Of a stretch of 64,000 nucleotides of DNA, positions 27,378 to 38,666 are shown in pieces. Each line of letters starts with the position of its first letter. Positions within the stretch are counted from its first letter, which is position 1. The stretch comes from a virus (Duplodnaviria; Caudoviricetes). The notes beneath the pieces were generated by a model, which was not told the DNA's origin, did not search any database, and saw nothing but the letters and a program-made list of their open reading frames with translations. The position numbers and the translations under genes are program-made. Location: the IMG/VR virus record IMGVR_UViG_3300031949_001696, one strand, 5' to 3'.

Positions 27378-29157
27378 TCACGACTGGTTCCCCTAGTCGT
27401 GGCGACGCTCTCGAAGCAATGGGCGATCAAGGCTCGATCGGAGCATCGCGAGGTGCTGCCGGCAGAATCGGATCTTGTAGCTGCCGAGCACGAAGACGTG
27501 GATGTCGTCGCCTCGATCGTCGTTGGGATCGATCCTCCGTGCGCTGCGGCGGTCACCGGACCCAAGATGTCGATCACGGCGTCGCCTCTGGGATCTCGTG
27601 ATTGGCGTAGATCTTCCCGTACTGGAGGATGCTCGCGACCATCCAGTCGTAGCCCTCGAAGCCATCGGACGGCGTGCTCGGCGCATCGTCACGGACGATG
27701 CGCGCGGAAACTTCGGCGCGCCAGCCGTCGGACCAGCCGTAGGACCACGACCGGCCGTCGAGCTGAGCAGCGCGCGTGTCGTCGACCTCGCGCAGGAGCA
27801 CGTAGTTTCGGCGCTCGCCGGACCAGCCGCCGTTCCAGCTGGCTCGGCCGGGCATGGCGAGGCGGAACTCGACTCGGATCATGGGGACCTCACGAGCTTG
27901 CGGTACGCGCCGTAGCTGCTCTCGGGCGGGACGACCACGTACTTGAGGTGTGCCTTGCAGTACGGACACGTGATCGTGCCGATCGGGCGCACGAACGACG
28001 TGATCTCGCGTCGGCACGTCGGACAGTCGTCGAATCTCACCGGGTCCTCCTTCGCTTCGCAGTGCGCCGCGGCGGCGCGAGGATCTTGGCGACTTCGTCG
28101 GCCAGCTCGGCCACGAACGGTCGCCAGTCGGGCGGACTTGAGTGCCCGTCGTAGGCGGCGAGGTGCCGTGCGTCGTCCGCGAGCTTCCTCACGCGTGCGA
28201 GGGCTTCCTTGCGATCTGTTTCAGTCACGTGACCTCCTCCACTTCTCGCGGTACGCGCGAGCGAGCTTGATGGCACCTTCTGTTCGCGTGACGATGCGCC
28301 GTGTAATCGCGCGGATCTCGCCCACCAAGCGCTCGATCTCGGTGTCGAGATTGTGATCTTCCTTCGTCACAGCAGCGGCTCCGTCTGGGAGATGCCGATT
28401 TTCTCGGCGGCGTCGCGCGCGAACCTCGCGAGCGCGTTGTCGAGCGCGCGCCACGACGCCTTATCGTAGCCCTCCTTGCCGACCGCGGCTGTCCACAGGC
28501 GATGGAGCGTGGCGTGAGCTTCACGAAACGCAGTCAAGAACTCCTCGCGCGGGTAGGCGGCGACGTACTCCTGCCATCCAGTTGCTTGCATCGGCTTCCT
28601 CTCGTCGGTGAAGTTGTCGACGGGCGGCTCCAAGACAGATCGGCACTCGTCGACCGCGCCGACCAGCGCGAAGTGGTCGTCGAAGGGTACCGGGGACGTC
28701 CGCAGGCGCGCGGCGACCACGTAGACCTTGATCAGAGCCTCGTACTCGACGCGCAGGCGATGGATCGTCTCGCGGTTGTGGAGACACGCGGGGCACAAAG
28801 TCTGCACGCCGGATTTCGAAGCGCAGCTCGTGCATTCGGCGAATTCGTTCACGGGCGCGTACCCCCGCGCTCGGCCACGAGGATCGTGATTTCTTGCGCG
28901 AGGTCGAACGCGAGCTGCTCGACTTGTTCGCGCACGGTGCCGACGCGCGCGTCGAAGTCGACGGGGATCGGCAGATCCTCGTCGCAGCGCACGGCCTCGA
29001 CGATGGCGGCGGCGAGCTGTCGGCGCTTCTCGCGTTCGGCTTCGGTGGGTTCAGCAGGTTCTCCCATCTAGGACTCCTTCTGTTTCTTCGTGACGGCGCG
29101 CGTCGCAGCTCGCGAAGCTGATCATCGGTGATCGTATCGGCGGTCAGCCTTTGATCC

Positions 29158-29469
29158 ATGCTTGTCCGGTTGTCACCCAACGCTCCCATTGATAGCGCCA
29201 GGATCCGCAACTACACTCGATGTCTCGCCGCATTGAGCGCACACCAGCGACGCCCTCCTGGCCGCGAGCGATCCGATCTGGGCCCACGTCCAGGTGTTGA
29301 AGAACCCATCCTTCGGGTTTTGATGCAAGTCGCCGCAATGCGGACACGACAATCGGCCTGCCACCGGCTTTACCACGCGCCCAGAGGGATCGACGGCGGG
29401 GAGAAACATGGCGCCAAGAATTGGTTTCATAGTCGCCTCCTTGTTTTGGGCGTTAACCGGATAGGCATG
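29158..29469. mobile_element. TIR-bounded cargo cassette 2 (carries ORF 29173-29430, two CxxC)
   Basis: ATGCTTGTCCGGTTGTCACCCAA ... TTGGGCGTTAACCGGATAGGCATG; no clean flanking duplication. Confidence 0.62.
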
Positions 29470-30092
29470 CTTGGTAGTGTCCGTTGGCAGGCCGCTCGTG
29501 CTTGTGCTCGGGGCAGAGGTCGTGGGGAACGAAATCGTGACCGTTCCAGCGGTGTCCGGTCAGCCAGCGGTGTCGATCTGCATCGGTCGGCCAGTCGCTG
29601 TAGGGCAGTTCGATCCATCACACGCAGCCTGCGGGGTGGTCGCACGTGATCCGAACTTGCTTGCTCACAAGACTCCTTCCAGCTTGGCGAGCTCGTAGAG
29701 ATCTTCCTGCGCGGAGTCTCGCTCGTTGTAGCTGTACTTAACGGCATCGCGTGCGAGGTCGATCGCGCGCCGGAGGCGCGTCTTCAGATCGGCGACCTGC
29801 GCACGCAGGACCTCGCGTGCCATCTTCTTGGCTTCGTCGAAGTTCTTGGTCATCGATTCGCCGTAGAGGTGATCGAGCCAGCTCTCTTCGATCTTGATCA
29901 TCTGGGGCGGCTTGTCCCGTACACGCGCCTCTTCGCGTTTGGCACGCACGTGGGCGTTCGCTTGTTCCTCGCTCGTGTCGACGGCGACGAGGTACGGCCG
30001 GCCGCCGTCGGATGCGGCCTCCCAGACGATCCAGCACGGCTCCATGCCGGCCTCGGCCTTGAATTGCAGGGCTTCTTTTTCCTTCACGGCTC

Positions 30093-30560
30093 TTAGAACC
30101 CGAGGAACTTCAGCTCGACTGCCGTCAGCTCGTGGCCCTGCATGTATTCCTTGCCGTCGGGCGCGTAGCGGCGAAGGTCCTTCAGGTTGCGGACGATCAT
30201 GTCGAGCTTCTCGACCTGCGACTTTTCTCCCTCGATGTGGTCGCGCTCGGTGAGCAGCATGTTGACGACACCGGCGCCGATCGTGACGTCTTCTTCGCGC
30301 AGGCCGTCGTCGGACCGGACCTTCGAGTTGTAGACGAGGGCCATGGCACCGCGCTGCATCTGATCGCGTGCCTGCGCCATGATGTCGACGAGAGCCGCGT
30401 CGCTGATCTTGTACTCCTCGCGGACGCGCTTGATGCGGACTTCGCGCTCCTCGATCTTGCGACGGGTCGTGACCGCCTTGTCCTTGGCACGTTCCACGAT
30501 CTCGGCGGCGGGTTTTTCGAAGGTGAAGTTGAAGAGGCTGTCGATTCGCTGAACTTGCAT
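30093..30560 (-). CDS. Coiled-coil phage hypothetical protein
   Basis: Strong codon usage, RBS AGGAG, ends ELKFLGF. Confidence 0.7.
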   Translation of the reverse strand: MQVQRIDSLFNFTFEKPAAEIVERAKDKAVTTRRKIEEREVRIKRVREEYKISDAALVDIMAQARDQMQRGAMALVYNSKVRSDDGLREEDVTIGAGVVNMLLTERDHIEGEKSQVEKLDMIVRNLKDLRRYAPDGKEYMQGHELTAVELKFLGF

Positions 30561-31972
30561 GGTTTTTCGATCTCCTGGTTGTGGTGTTAGTTAGCTTTTC
30601 GTTGCCGTCGTTCGTATTCCTCGACGGTGATCATCATGACGCTGCATACCCAGTCCGATACCGGTACGCAGCAGATCGGTGGCGTCGCCGGGTTCGCGGT
30701 TTCGCGGATCTCCGCGTGCTCCGGCCACGAGCACCTCCACCGCAGGGTCTTCGGGACCGTGACCTTGATGTTCACGCGTCACCTCGGTACGGCAGCTCGA
30801 TGCGCTCGCGCTTGATCTCCTTCGAGGTCGGCTCGCACGGCCCGGCGTGATCGCGTCGGAGCCGGCACTGCCGGTTCGCGTAGTATCCGATCGTGCAGAT
30901 CGGATCTGTATCGCCGCCGAGGGCTTCGTACGGCATCCGTCGCGTGGTCACGCGGTAGACGCAGCCGTGCTGGAGACTCTTCCATGAGTCGTCCATGTAG
31001 ACGGAGTTGTGCTGGGACCAGATCGCGGTGGTCTCGATCGGGGTGCACACGAGGCACCGGAGGCGATCGTAGCCGTATGGAGGATTCTCTTTCTCGTAGC
31101 CCCAGTAGCACTCCTTGAACGCGTTGCAGGCTGGGCAGCGGGGCTCTCGCGCGAACGTGCTCTCGCAGGCGGTCTTGGATTCTTCGTAGCGGCGCTCGGC
31201 GGAGCCGTCGTGGTCGAGTAGGGCATGCTTGGCCGTGTTGAGCGCGTACGGCCACAGCCACGAGCTGCCGTCGACGTAGAGCCTCGGGAAGTCCCACGCG
31301 TTGTCGCCCGGGCGAAGCGCGACGCGGTCGAGGGGCAGGCCCGGCATGTCCACTTCCGTCGTGCGGATCCCGCGGTGGATCACGTAGCTGTATCGGCCGT
31401 CGGAGTTGTCGTTCGTGCGCCGCTCGATGCGGACGTGCGGAGGCCCGAGCAAAAGCTCGCGGCAGAACGCGCCGATGTTGTGCCGCGCGTCGCGGACGGA
31501 GCTTCCGTCGACAGGACCGGCGCCGGGGTTAATGATCATGACGGCCTCGACGTCTCTCACGGTTCCTCCGGCGATCGCGGCTGGGGTGGCTCGGGACACG
31601 TGTGCTTGGTCCGTGCCGCGTCGTCCGTCAGGCGTGCAGCGAACGTCTGCGCGGCGCATGCGCGGCAGGGATCGAGATCTTTGTCGAGACGGTGGGCTTC
31701 CAGTTCTTCGATCAGAAGAGGGAGGTTCGATCGGCGCACGATCGCCATGTGGCTGCGAAAGTGACCGGGCTCCCCGTCTGGGACGATCACGCGAATCTCG
31801 ACGGCGTCGTGTTCGTCGCCGTGCGGCGTCGACGCGATCTCGACCCTGTGCGTCGGTGATCCGGCGACGGCCGGGACCGTGGTGAGTCGCCGCGGCGTGT
31901 GCGCGATCGAGCGCTCGTCGTGTGTGATGGGCTTCCTGCCCAACTCGGGGCCGAAACCATGCTGCTCGATGG

Positions 31973-32215
31973 TCATGATTTCACCTTCTTTCGCTTCGGT
32001 GGATCGAGTAGGTCGGCGTGGAACCGCAGGGATGCTGCAACTGATTTTTCGACTGCCGTCGTGATGTCCTGCTGCACCTTGTCGTGTTGTGCGCAGCAGT
32101 TTTCGGCGTCGACTTTGTTATCGAACGTGGCGATGTAGATCTTCTTGTTGTTCCGCTGTGCGTACGCCTGCCAAACGACACGATCCTTGCGCTTGTGGGG
32201 CCTGACCATGCTCAT
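31973..32215 (-). CDS. AP2-like DNA-binding small protein
   Basis: WQAY...NKKIYIATFD...DA. Confidence 0.5.
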   Translation of the reverse strand: MSMVRPHKRKDRVVWQAYAQRNNKKIYIATFDNKVDAENCCAQHDKVQQDITTAVEKSVAASLRFHADLLDPPKRKKVKS

Positions 32216-35200
32216 GGAGCCTTCCTCCGCGCGCGGCGCACCGCTGCGAGCATCTCGCCGCACTCCTGTGTCCATACTTTGTGGACGAGCACGTAGTGAT
32301 CAGCTTTTTCGGGCCATACGAAGCCGTAACCGAAGAGATCGCGTGAGCCGAGTTCCTCGTCACAGATCCGGCAGTTCGCGCGACCCATGTAGCCCATCAG
32401 CACGTCGCCACCCATCGGGTTCATGGTCGTGCGGAGCTGGAGCGCGCGTCCCAGCTCCTCGCGATCGGCCCACGGGACGTCATCGCGAATGTGGTCTTTG
32501 GGTTGGCCGTGTTTGCGCCCGCCGGGAACGACATTGAGCAAGTCGAGCAGTGGCTGGAGCTCTCCGGCCAGCTCATCCCAGAACAGCAGCCTCTTGCCCG
32601 CGTCGGGTCCAGGCGCGCGCATCATCGCTCTGCCTTTTCCTTCATCTGCTCGACGTGGATGACCCACGCGCGCTCGGCCTCCTCCAGGGCGAAGAGCGTG
32701 TCACGCGGGTTCTTGGGATCGCGCGCGGCCACGAAGCCGTGTACGAAGCCCTCGTGTCGCAGGAGATCCTTCTGGTGGTGGTTGCTCACGGATGCACTGC
32801 TTGGTGGGGCGTTTCGTTATTCGTGTCGATCTGCTCGAAGGGAACGCAGAACGCGATGTCGCCCTCGACCATCACGTCGGCGTGCCCGTATGGGGCCGAG
32901 CACTCCTTGACCGTGAAGCGCCCAGAGCATTTGATGCGTAGGAGCGTGCCTCCTGGGCCATGGACCCAGATCGTGTTGCCGCCTTCGTCGAACTCTAGGC
33001 CGACGGCTTCGAACTGGACACGCGCACTCACCGTTGCACCGCCCGTCGGATCGCAGCGAGATCAGCCTCCAGCATGCCGACACCGCGGAACGAGGCGAGC
33101 GTGAAGTTGTTCTCCTTGATCAGGTGCACGACCATCTGACCGTCGTGGTGGCAGCGCCAGATCGTGGCGAGCGCGATGCCGAAGCCGCGCATGAACGCCG
33201 CGTCTTCGGGGGAGAGCTTCTTTACCTTCGGTGCTTTCTTCGCGGTCTTCTTGTAACGTCTCCGCGGGTTCATCTCTCGCTCCAGGTCGACCAGGTGCGC
33301 GTCGATGCCGCGTGCCTTGATGTCCGCGATCGCCGCACCGATCGAGGACTTCGCGATCAGCCCATCGAAGTCTCTTCGGGTGGCGTTTAGGGAATCTTCG
33401 CGGCGGTACCGTCGCACGTGGACCTCGATTGCGCGCTGGGTATCGTCGAGCATCGCGTAGCAGTCGCTCGACCAGCCGCATGAGCAGCGCGCGCGATGGC
33501 CGCCATGCGGCATGTACGTACCGTGCTCGTGGTGGATCTCGATGACGTGCTCCGATCCCAGCGCCCCCACGCGCACGTCGCGGCGCACTGCGGTGCTCGG
33601 CGATTTGCAGGCGGGGCATTCGCTGTCGATCGGTGTGGTCATGGTTTCTCCTTCGTCATCCGTCAACGCCTCTTCAACGCGAATCTAAGAAAGCGCGCGC
33701 CCTCTTCGTATCCCTTTTGGTATTCCGCTGAGGCTTCCGTGGGCGGCTCACCCATTTGCGCATCCATTTTCCCTCGTTCGAATCGAGCTTGCTGGATTCG
33801 CGCGGCCCGCGCTTCGTCGTCGGAGGGCTTTGCCTCTTGATTAGTCGGCACCTGGGGTTCTCTTTCCATTTTGTTCGACACTGGGAGGCCGACGATCGAT
33901 GTACTTGCGTCCGCAGCGCAGGCAGCGTCCGTAGCCGTTCCACAGCCGATCGCGCAGCTCGCAGTCGCACAGATCTTCCTTCGCAGGTTCGGTCACGTGC
34001 GCTCCTTGTGTTGGGCAGCTGCCTTGTCCAGCGCGTACGCCAACATCAGGCTCAGGTGCTTCGCGACGGCGAGCCAGCGCTCGTCAGTGATGAGCCGGTG
34101 CAGCTCCGCGAAGTGCGCGTGCCACGTCCAGCCGAGGAGGGTCGGCTCGGGCTTCATTGGTTGTTGGATGCTCGAGATTTCGGCCTTGAGCATCGTGTTC
34201 CACTGCTCGGGGATGACGTCAGTGATTGCTTGATCTTGTCGCGGACCTTATCGACGTACGTGGCGGGATCGAACTTGGTGACCTCAGTGCTCATGTTGCG
34301 CCTTTCGTTTCGGTGGACGGATCGGTCGTCTTCGTTGCTGCGCGCTCGGCGGCTTTCTGCCGTGACGGGTGATAGCCCGCGGCGTGGTAGCCGTAGTTCT
34401 TGCCTTTGCAGGCCCAGCCGACCCACGCGTAGCACGTGGGGCATTCGACGTCGGTGGCGTGAACGCGTGTGGTGCTCATGGGATCACGACCTCCCCGTTT
34501 TGAGCGGACGTGGACCTCGCGGGGTGAGCACGATGTGCGCGACGCTTGCTCCGTCGGCCCGCGAGACGGTTTCGGCCGCGTCCAGGACCTCGTTGAACCG
34601 ACGATCAGCCTCGGCGCGATTCTCGGGCTTCATCGCGCAGCCAAAGCAGATCAGCGCACCGTCCGGGCCGTACGGGCGCAGCTCGGTTTCCCCCCGCGGA
34701 TCCTCTCGGTCCGGCAGCTCGGGCCGACCGCACGCGCAGCAGACGCTCGCGGCACTCACTGCGGCAAGCTCCCACGGTAGCGCACGTCTGCGGGCGCGGT
34801 CGTGCCGTCCGCATAGAGGATCTCGGCCAGGACAGGGTAGTGCTCGGTGCCCGCGAAGCTCGGGATCTCGATCTTCGCGAGCGATCGGGCTTCGTCGAGC
34901 GTCACCGTCCGCGACCACACCACGCCGGTCTTGCCGCTGAGGAGCTGGAGCGTGATCGGGAACTTCTCCGGCGGGTAGTCATGTCGCGCGATCGGCTTGG
35001 TCACGGAACACTCCTCGCGGCGTCGACGGCGTCGAAGAGATGCGCATATAGACGCGCGCCGTCACGCATGTCGAAGCCGGGTCGGTTTGGATCGCGCACC
35101 GCGCACGCGGCTTCGTACACCGCGAGCAGCGCGGGGAGCGCGTTCACGGCGGCGACTGCCAGGCGGGAATCGTCGTCGAACTCCATGCCACCGATGTTGT

Positions 35201-36918
35201 ACTTCGTCGTCTGCGCGCCGATGCCTTTGCCCATGCGGTCGTCGTGAAGACACCACGGTGGCTGGTGCATCGCCTTCTCCAGTAGGGCGCGAAGTGCAGG
35301 GACGTCGATCACGAGGTCTTCCCTCGCATCATGGTGACGACGTCGACCGGGCGCACTGCGGCGCGTGGCGCTTCGCCGTCTTCCTTGAAGTAATGGTAGG
35401 GCAGCGCGTTCCATTCCATTTCCCGCACAGTGATGAGCTTGGTGTCGTCGTCACGCATGGCGTAAGCGCACATGACATCGCTGACGGGTCTGCCGTCCAC
35501 GACGTCGCGAAAGAACGCCGTGGGCATGAGGTAGCGTTTTTCCGTCGCGCGATCAGTCCAGACTTTCATGCGCAGTCGCAGAGTGCTCATCGCAACATCT
35601 CTCGCTGGTATCGTGCTCGGCTTCGTGAGGTCGCCGATGGCCACCGAGCGCATGTCATGGGGGCCTTCGTGCCCGACCGGCAGTGAGCACAACATCCAGC
35701 CGTCGGCGCTGGTGATCGGACACGCCGCGTTGGTCACGACTTTGGTCCTTCCGGCGGCATCACTCGTCGATGTGCGGTCGATCCGGGCGCGTCCGCGGGG
35801 CAGCTACAACACATGACGTAGCCAGGCGCTGGATTCGGGTGTCTCTTGCCGTAGCCGCATACCCACGTGTCGTTGCTCGCCGCGCTGTCGGTCACGAGTC
35901 GGCCTCCTTGCGATCTGCGGCTCTCAGCACGGGAGCATCGTCGCTCGCCGGTCTGACGTCGATGGAGGTACGCTCCTCCAGCTTCATCTCCAGATCTTCG
36001 ACGACCTTGCGGAGTCGCTCGCAGTCGCGCCGAGTTGCGGCGCTACAAGCGATCACGAGAGGGGCACGCGTCTGCGGAGGCAGTCCCTGATCGGTCATGT
36101 TGGCGATCACGCGCGCGTACGACACGAGGTCGACCTGCCGCTCGGCGAGGTCCTTCTGGGCTGCGGTGAGCTTCCGTTTGTGTTGGCGGTGGCGCGCGCT
36201 CATCAAGTGCTCCTCGTCGAATCGCGGGACTCCGCTACTTGCGCTTCCTGCGCTTCCTCAGCATCGATTTCGGCCCAGATCGACACGAACTGCGCGCTCG
36301 TCAGGTACCGCTTTGCTTTCTGAACGAAGAGTTCTTCGCGCGCTCTCGACGACGAGTGCCGATGCTGCTGACCCTTCAGCTCTGTGAGCTTCCGCTGCAA
36401 CGCGAGGGATGTCGTTTGAAGATCGGCTAGGTGCTGCTCGCGTTGGCGATACACGGCCGGCGGCTCGTAGATGCCGCGAGTCGCCGCGTTTGCCTTCGCC
36501 CGGCCGATCTGCACCTTGAGTTGGCGGATCTCGTTGTCGACTTTGTCTTTCATCAGGACGATTTCTGATCGTTGCTTCTCGAAGGTGGTAGCGGTGGGTG
36601 CGAGGTGGATCTGGACGTGCCGCGCAGCTTCCGCCTCGCGTTGCTGCTGTGCACGCTGGGACTTGTCGTCGTTCTCGCTTTGCTTGACGTTGCGCCACCA
36701 GCGGTTGCGGTCGCCCTCCCGGGTGTCGTGCGGCACGTCGTGCTCGTCGAGCGCGTCGCTCACGGCGTCGAGGTCGAACGGCGTCGCCAGCGTGGGCAGC
36801 CACAGCGTTTGGCCATCCGGCACGTAGATCAAAATCGTCTGCGGGTGTTCGGGGAACAGCGTGATCCGCAGGGGGCGAGGATCGAACGCACACGGCATCG
36901 GCGGCTTCGTCGGCATCG

Positions 36919-37395
36919 TCATCGGGGCGACCTCGTGCGCTTCGTCGGCATCAGCTTCGAGCGCTTGGGCAGCGGGATCTTGTTCGCCTTCATCATCGCG
37001 GTGAACGTCGGGAACAGCTTCGGACCTTTCTTGTCCTCGACTTCCTCGAACGTGACGGCTCCCCGCATGACGAGGATGCGCACGCCGATCGCGTCGAACC
37101 CCATCACGCGGATCCAGCCTTGACAGGGAATGTTGGACAGGACAGGTAATTTCGGCGAAGCTTGTGAAGCGATGGTTGCTCGATCGCTTGATGATCGAGA
37201 CATGTTCGTGCCGTCGTCTTTGCTGCTGCGCTGAATGTTGGCGAAGTGGCAAAGCATGCTGTGCAGACCGTCGTCCTGGCAGTTTTGCCAGACATCGACG
37301 AAATGCTGCGGGTCCCAGTAGTCGCGCGGAGCGTCGATGCGCCACGGGCAGTTCGAGCACGGCCGCCGGAGCTTCGTGGTAGCTGCCTCGGTCAC
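36919..37395 (-). CDS. DUF6283-like Cys-rich protein
   Basis: PC.NCPWR.D, CH, C.GW pattern. Confidence 0.55.
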   Translation of the reverse strand: MTEAATTKLRRPCSNCPWRIDAPRDYWDPQHFVDVWQNCQDDGLHSMLCHFANIQRSSKDDGTNMSRSSSDRATIASQASPKLPVLSNIPCQGWIRVMGFDAIGVRILVMRGAVTFEEVEDKKGPKLFPTFTAMMKANKIPLPKRSKLMPTKRTRSPR

Positions 37396-38045
37396 GTGCC
37401 GACCTTCCGCAGCTCGGCGATGCGCGCGCTGCCCCGCTGGTCGCGACGCCCGATGAAGTCGCCTTGCAGCTTGATCGCAGTCTCCGCAATACCGCACGCC
37501 TCGTCGCGTGCCGCGGTCATCGCAGCGAGACTCTTCAGCAGTAGGTCGATCTTCGTCCAGATGTCGCCGTGCCCCGGCACCATCTGGTGGAGGTCGTCGT
37601 AGCCGCGCTGTTTCGCGTCGATGTCGCCGAGCAAAACGAGGACTGTCATCGGGCCCGCGGCGTCGGCGAAGACTTCACGCGCGTTCGAGTTGACCAGTGC
37701 CGCCGCGGCGAGCGTGCGGAGCTTCTCGATCAATGCTCGTTGTTCCGCTGTCATGGAGCCCCCACCTTTCGCAGCTCGGCGATGCGCTTGAGCTTGTGTC
37801 CTGCGACGGCGGAGTGCGATTCGGCGATCGCTGCGATGGCACATGCCTCGTCACGCGCCGCGGTCATCTCGTCGAGCGCGCGGCGCAGCTCTCGCTCCAG
37901 CAGGTAGTTGTGGTCGAGGCTCGCGAAGTTGTGGCGACCGCCGTGGCCGGCGTAATAACGGCACTTGCGGTCGCTGATCTGGTCGTACGTCGAGCACATC
38001 TCGGGTTCAGTGGTCACAAAAACCTCCGATCGGTAAGATGTGGGC

Positions 38046-38666
38046 ATGGGCAAGACCGCCGCGCAGCTCGACCGGGAGATCGCAAAAGCGTTGGCGCGGC
38101 CGAAGTCTCTTCGGGTGGCGTTCAGGAAGTCGCGCAGGGGGCACGCCACCGTAGCGTGGGAACCGCGGGACGAGTCTGGTGACGCGTGGGATGTCGCGAG
38201 AGACGCGATCCTGGAGCACGACACCAAGCGCGCAGCCGACATCTGGCGGAGTATCCGTAAGGAGTACGGCGTGGAAGCAACTCGTCCGCCTTCGTTCGAT
38301 AAGGCGTTGGCCGAAGTACCGGCCGACGTACGGCAGAGATTCGAAGACGCGATCGGTGTGCAAACGGCAGCCAAGCACGTCAAAGCGATTCTCGACGCGA
38401 TTTACCGGTCGAAAGATCCTGATGCGCTGCTCACCGCGGTGAGTGCGGCCACCAAGCACGTGACCGCGATGAAGCGCGTCGCGCGAAAATTTGGAGGCGT
38501 CAGCCGACTGCTTGATTCGAGCGGCGCGTTCGATCCCCAGATGAGCGATCTGAACAACATGCTTGTCGGCGCCAAGGAAATGGTGCGGAGGATCAAGATT
38601 CAGCGCAAGACGGGGCGCTTGCCGAAGGCGACGAGCAGGACCGCTTGGCGTACGCGCGGAATGTGA
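38046..38666 (+). CDS. Counter-oriented leaderless gene with N-terminal [14 protein letters not shown] tag, GHAT and WDVARDAILEHD module
   Basis: TAAGAT 6 nt before ATG; homologous to 17060-17836. Confidence 0.78.
   Translation: MGKTAAQLDREIAKALARPKSLRVAFRKSRRGHATVAWEPRDESGDAWDVARDAILEHDTKRAADIWRSIRKEYGVEATRPPSFDKALAEVPADVRQRFEDAIGVQTAAKHVKAILDAIYRSKDPDALLTAVSAATKHVTAMKRVARKFGGVSRLLDSSGAFDPQMSDLNNMLVGAKEMVRRIKIQRKTGRLPKATSRTAWRTRGM

Noticed and set aside
33756-34940. Long antisense ORFs (also 54820-55962, 60735-61772, 50979-51917)
   Set aside because: Arg/Ser/Ala-rich shadow ORFs of GC-rich DNA opposite coherent coupled gene chains
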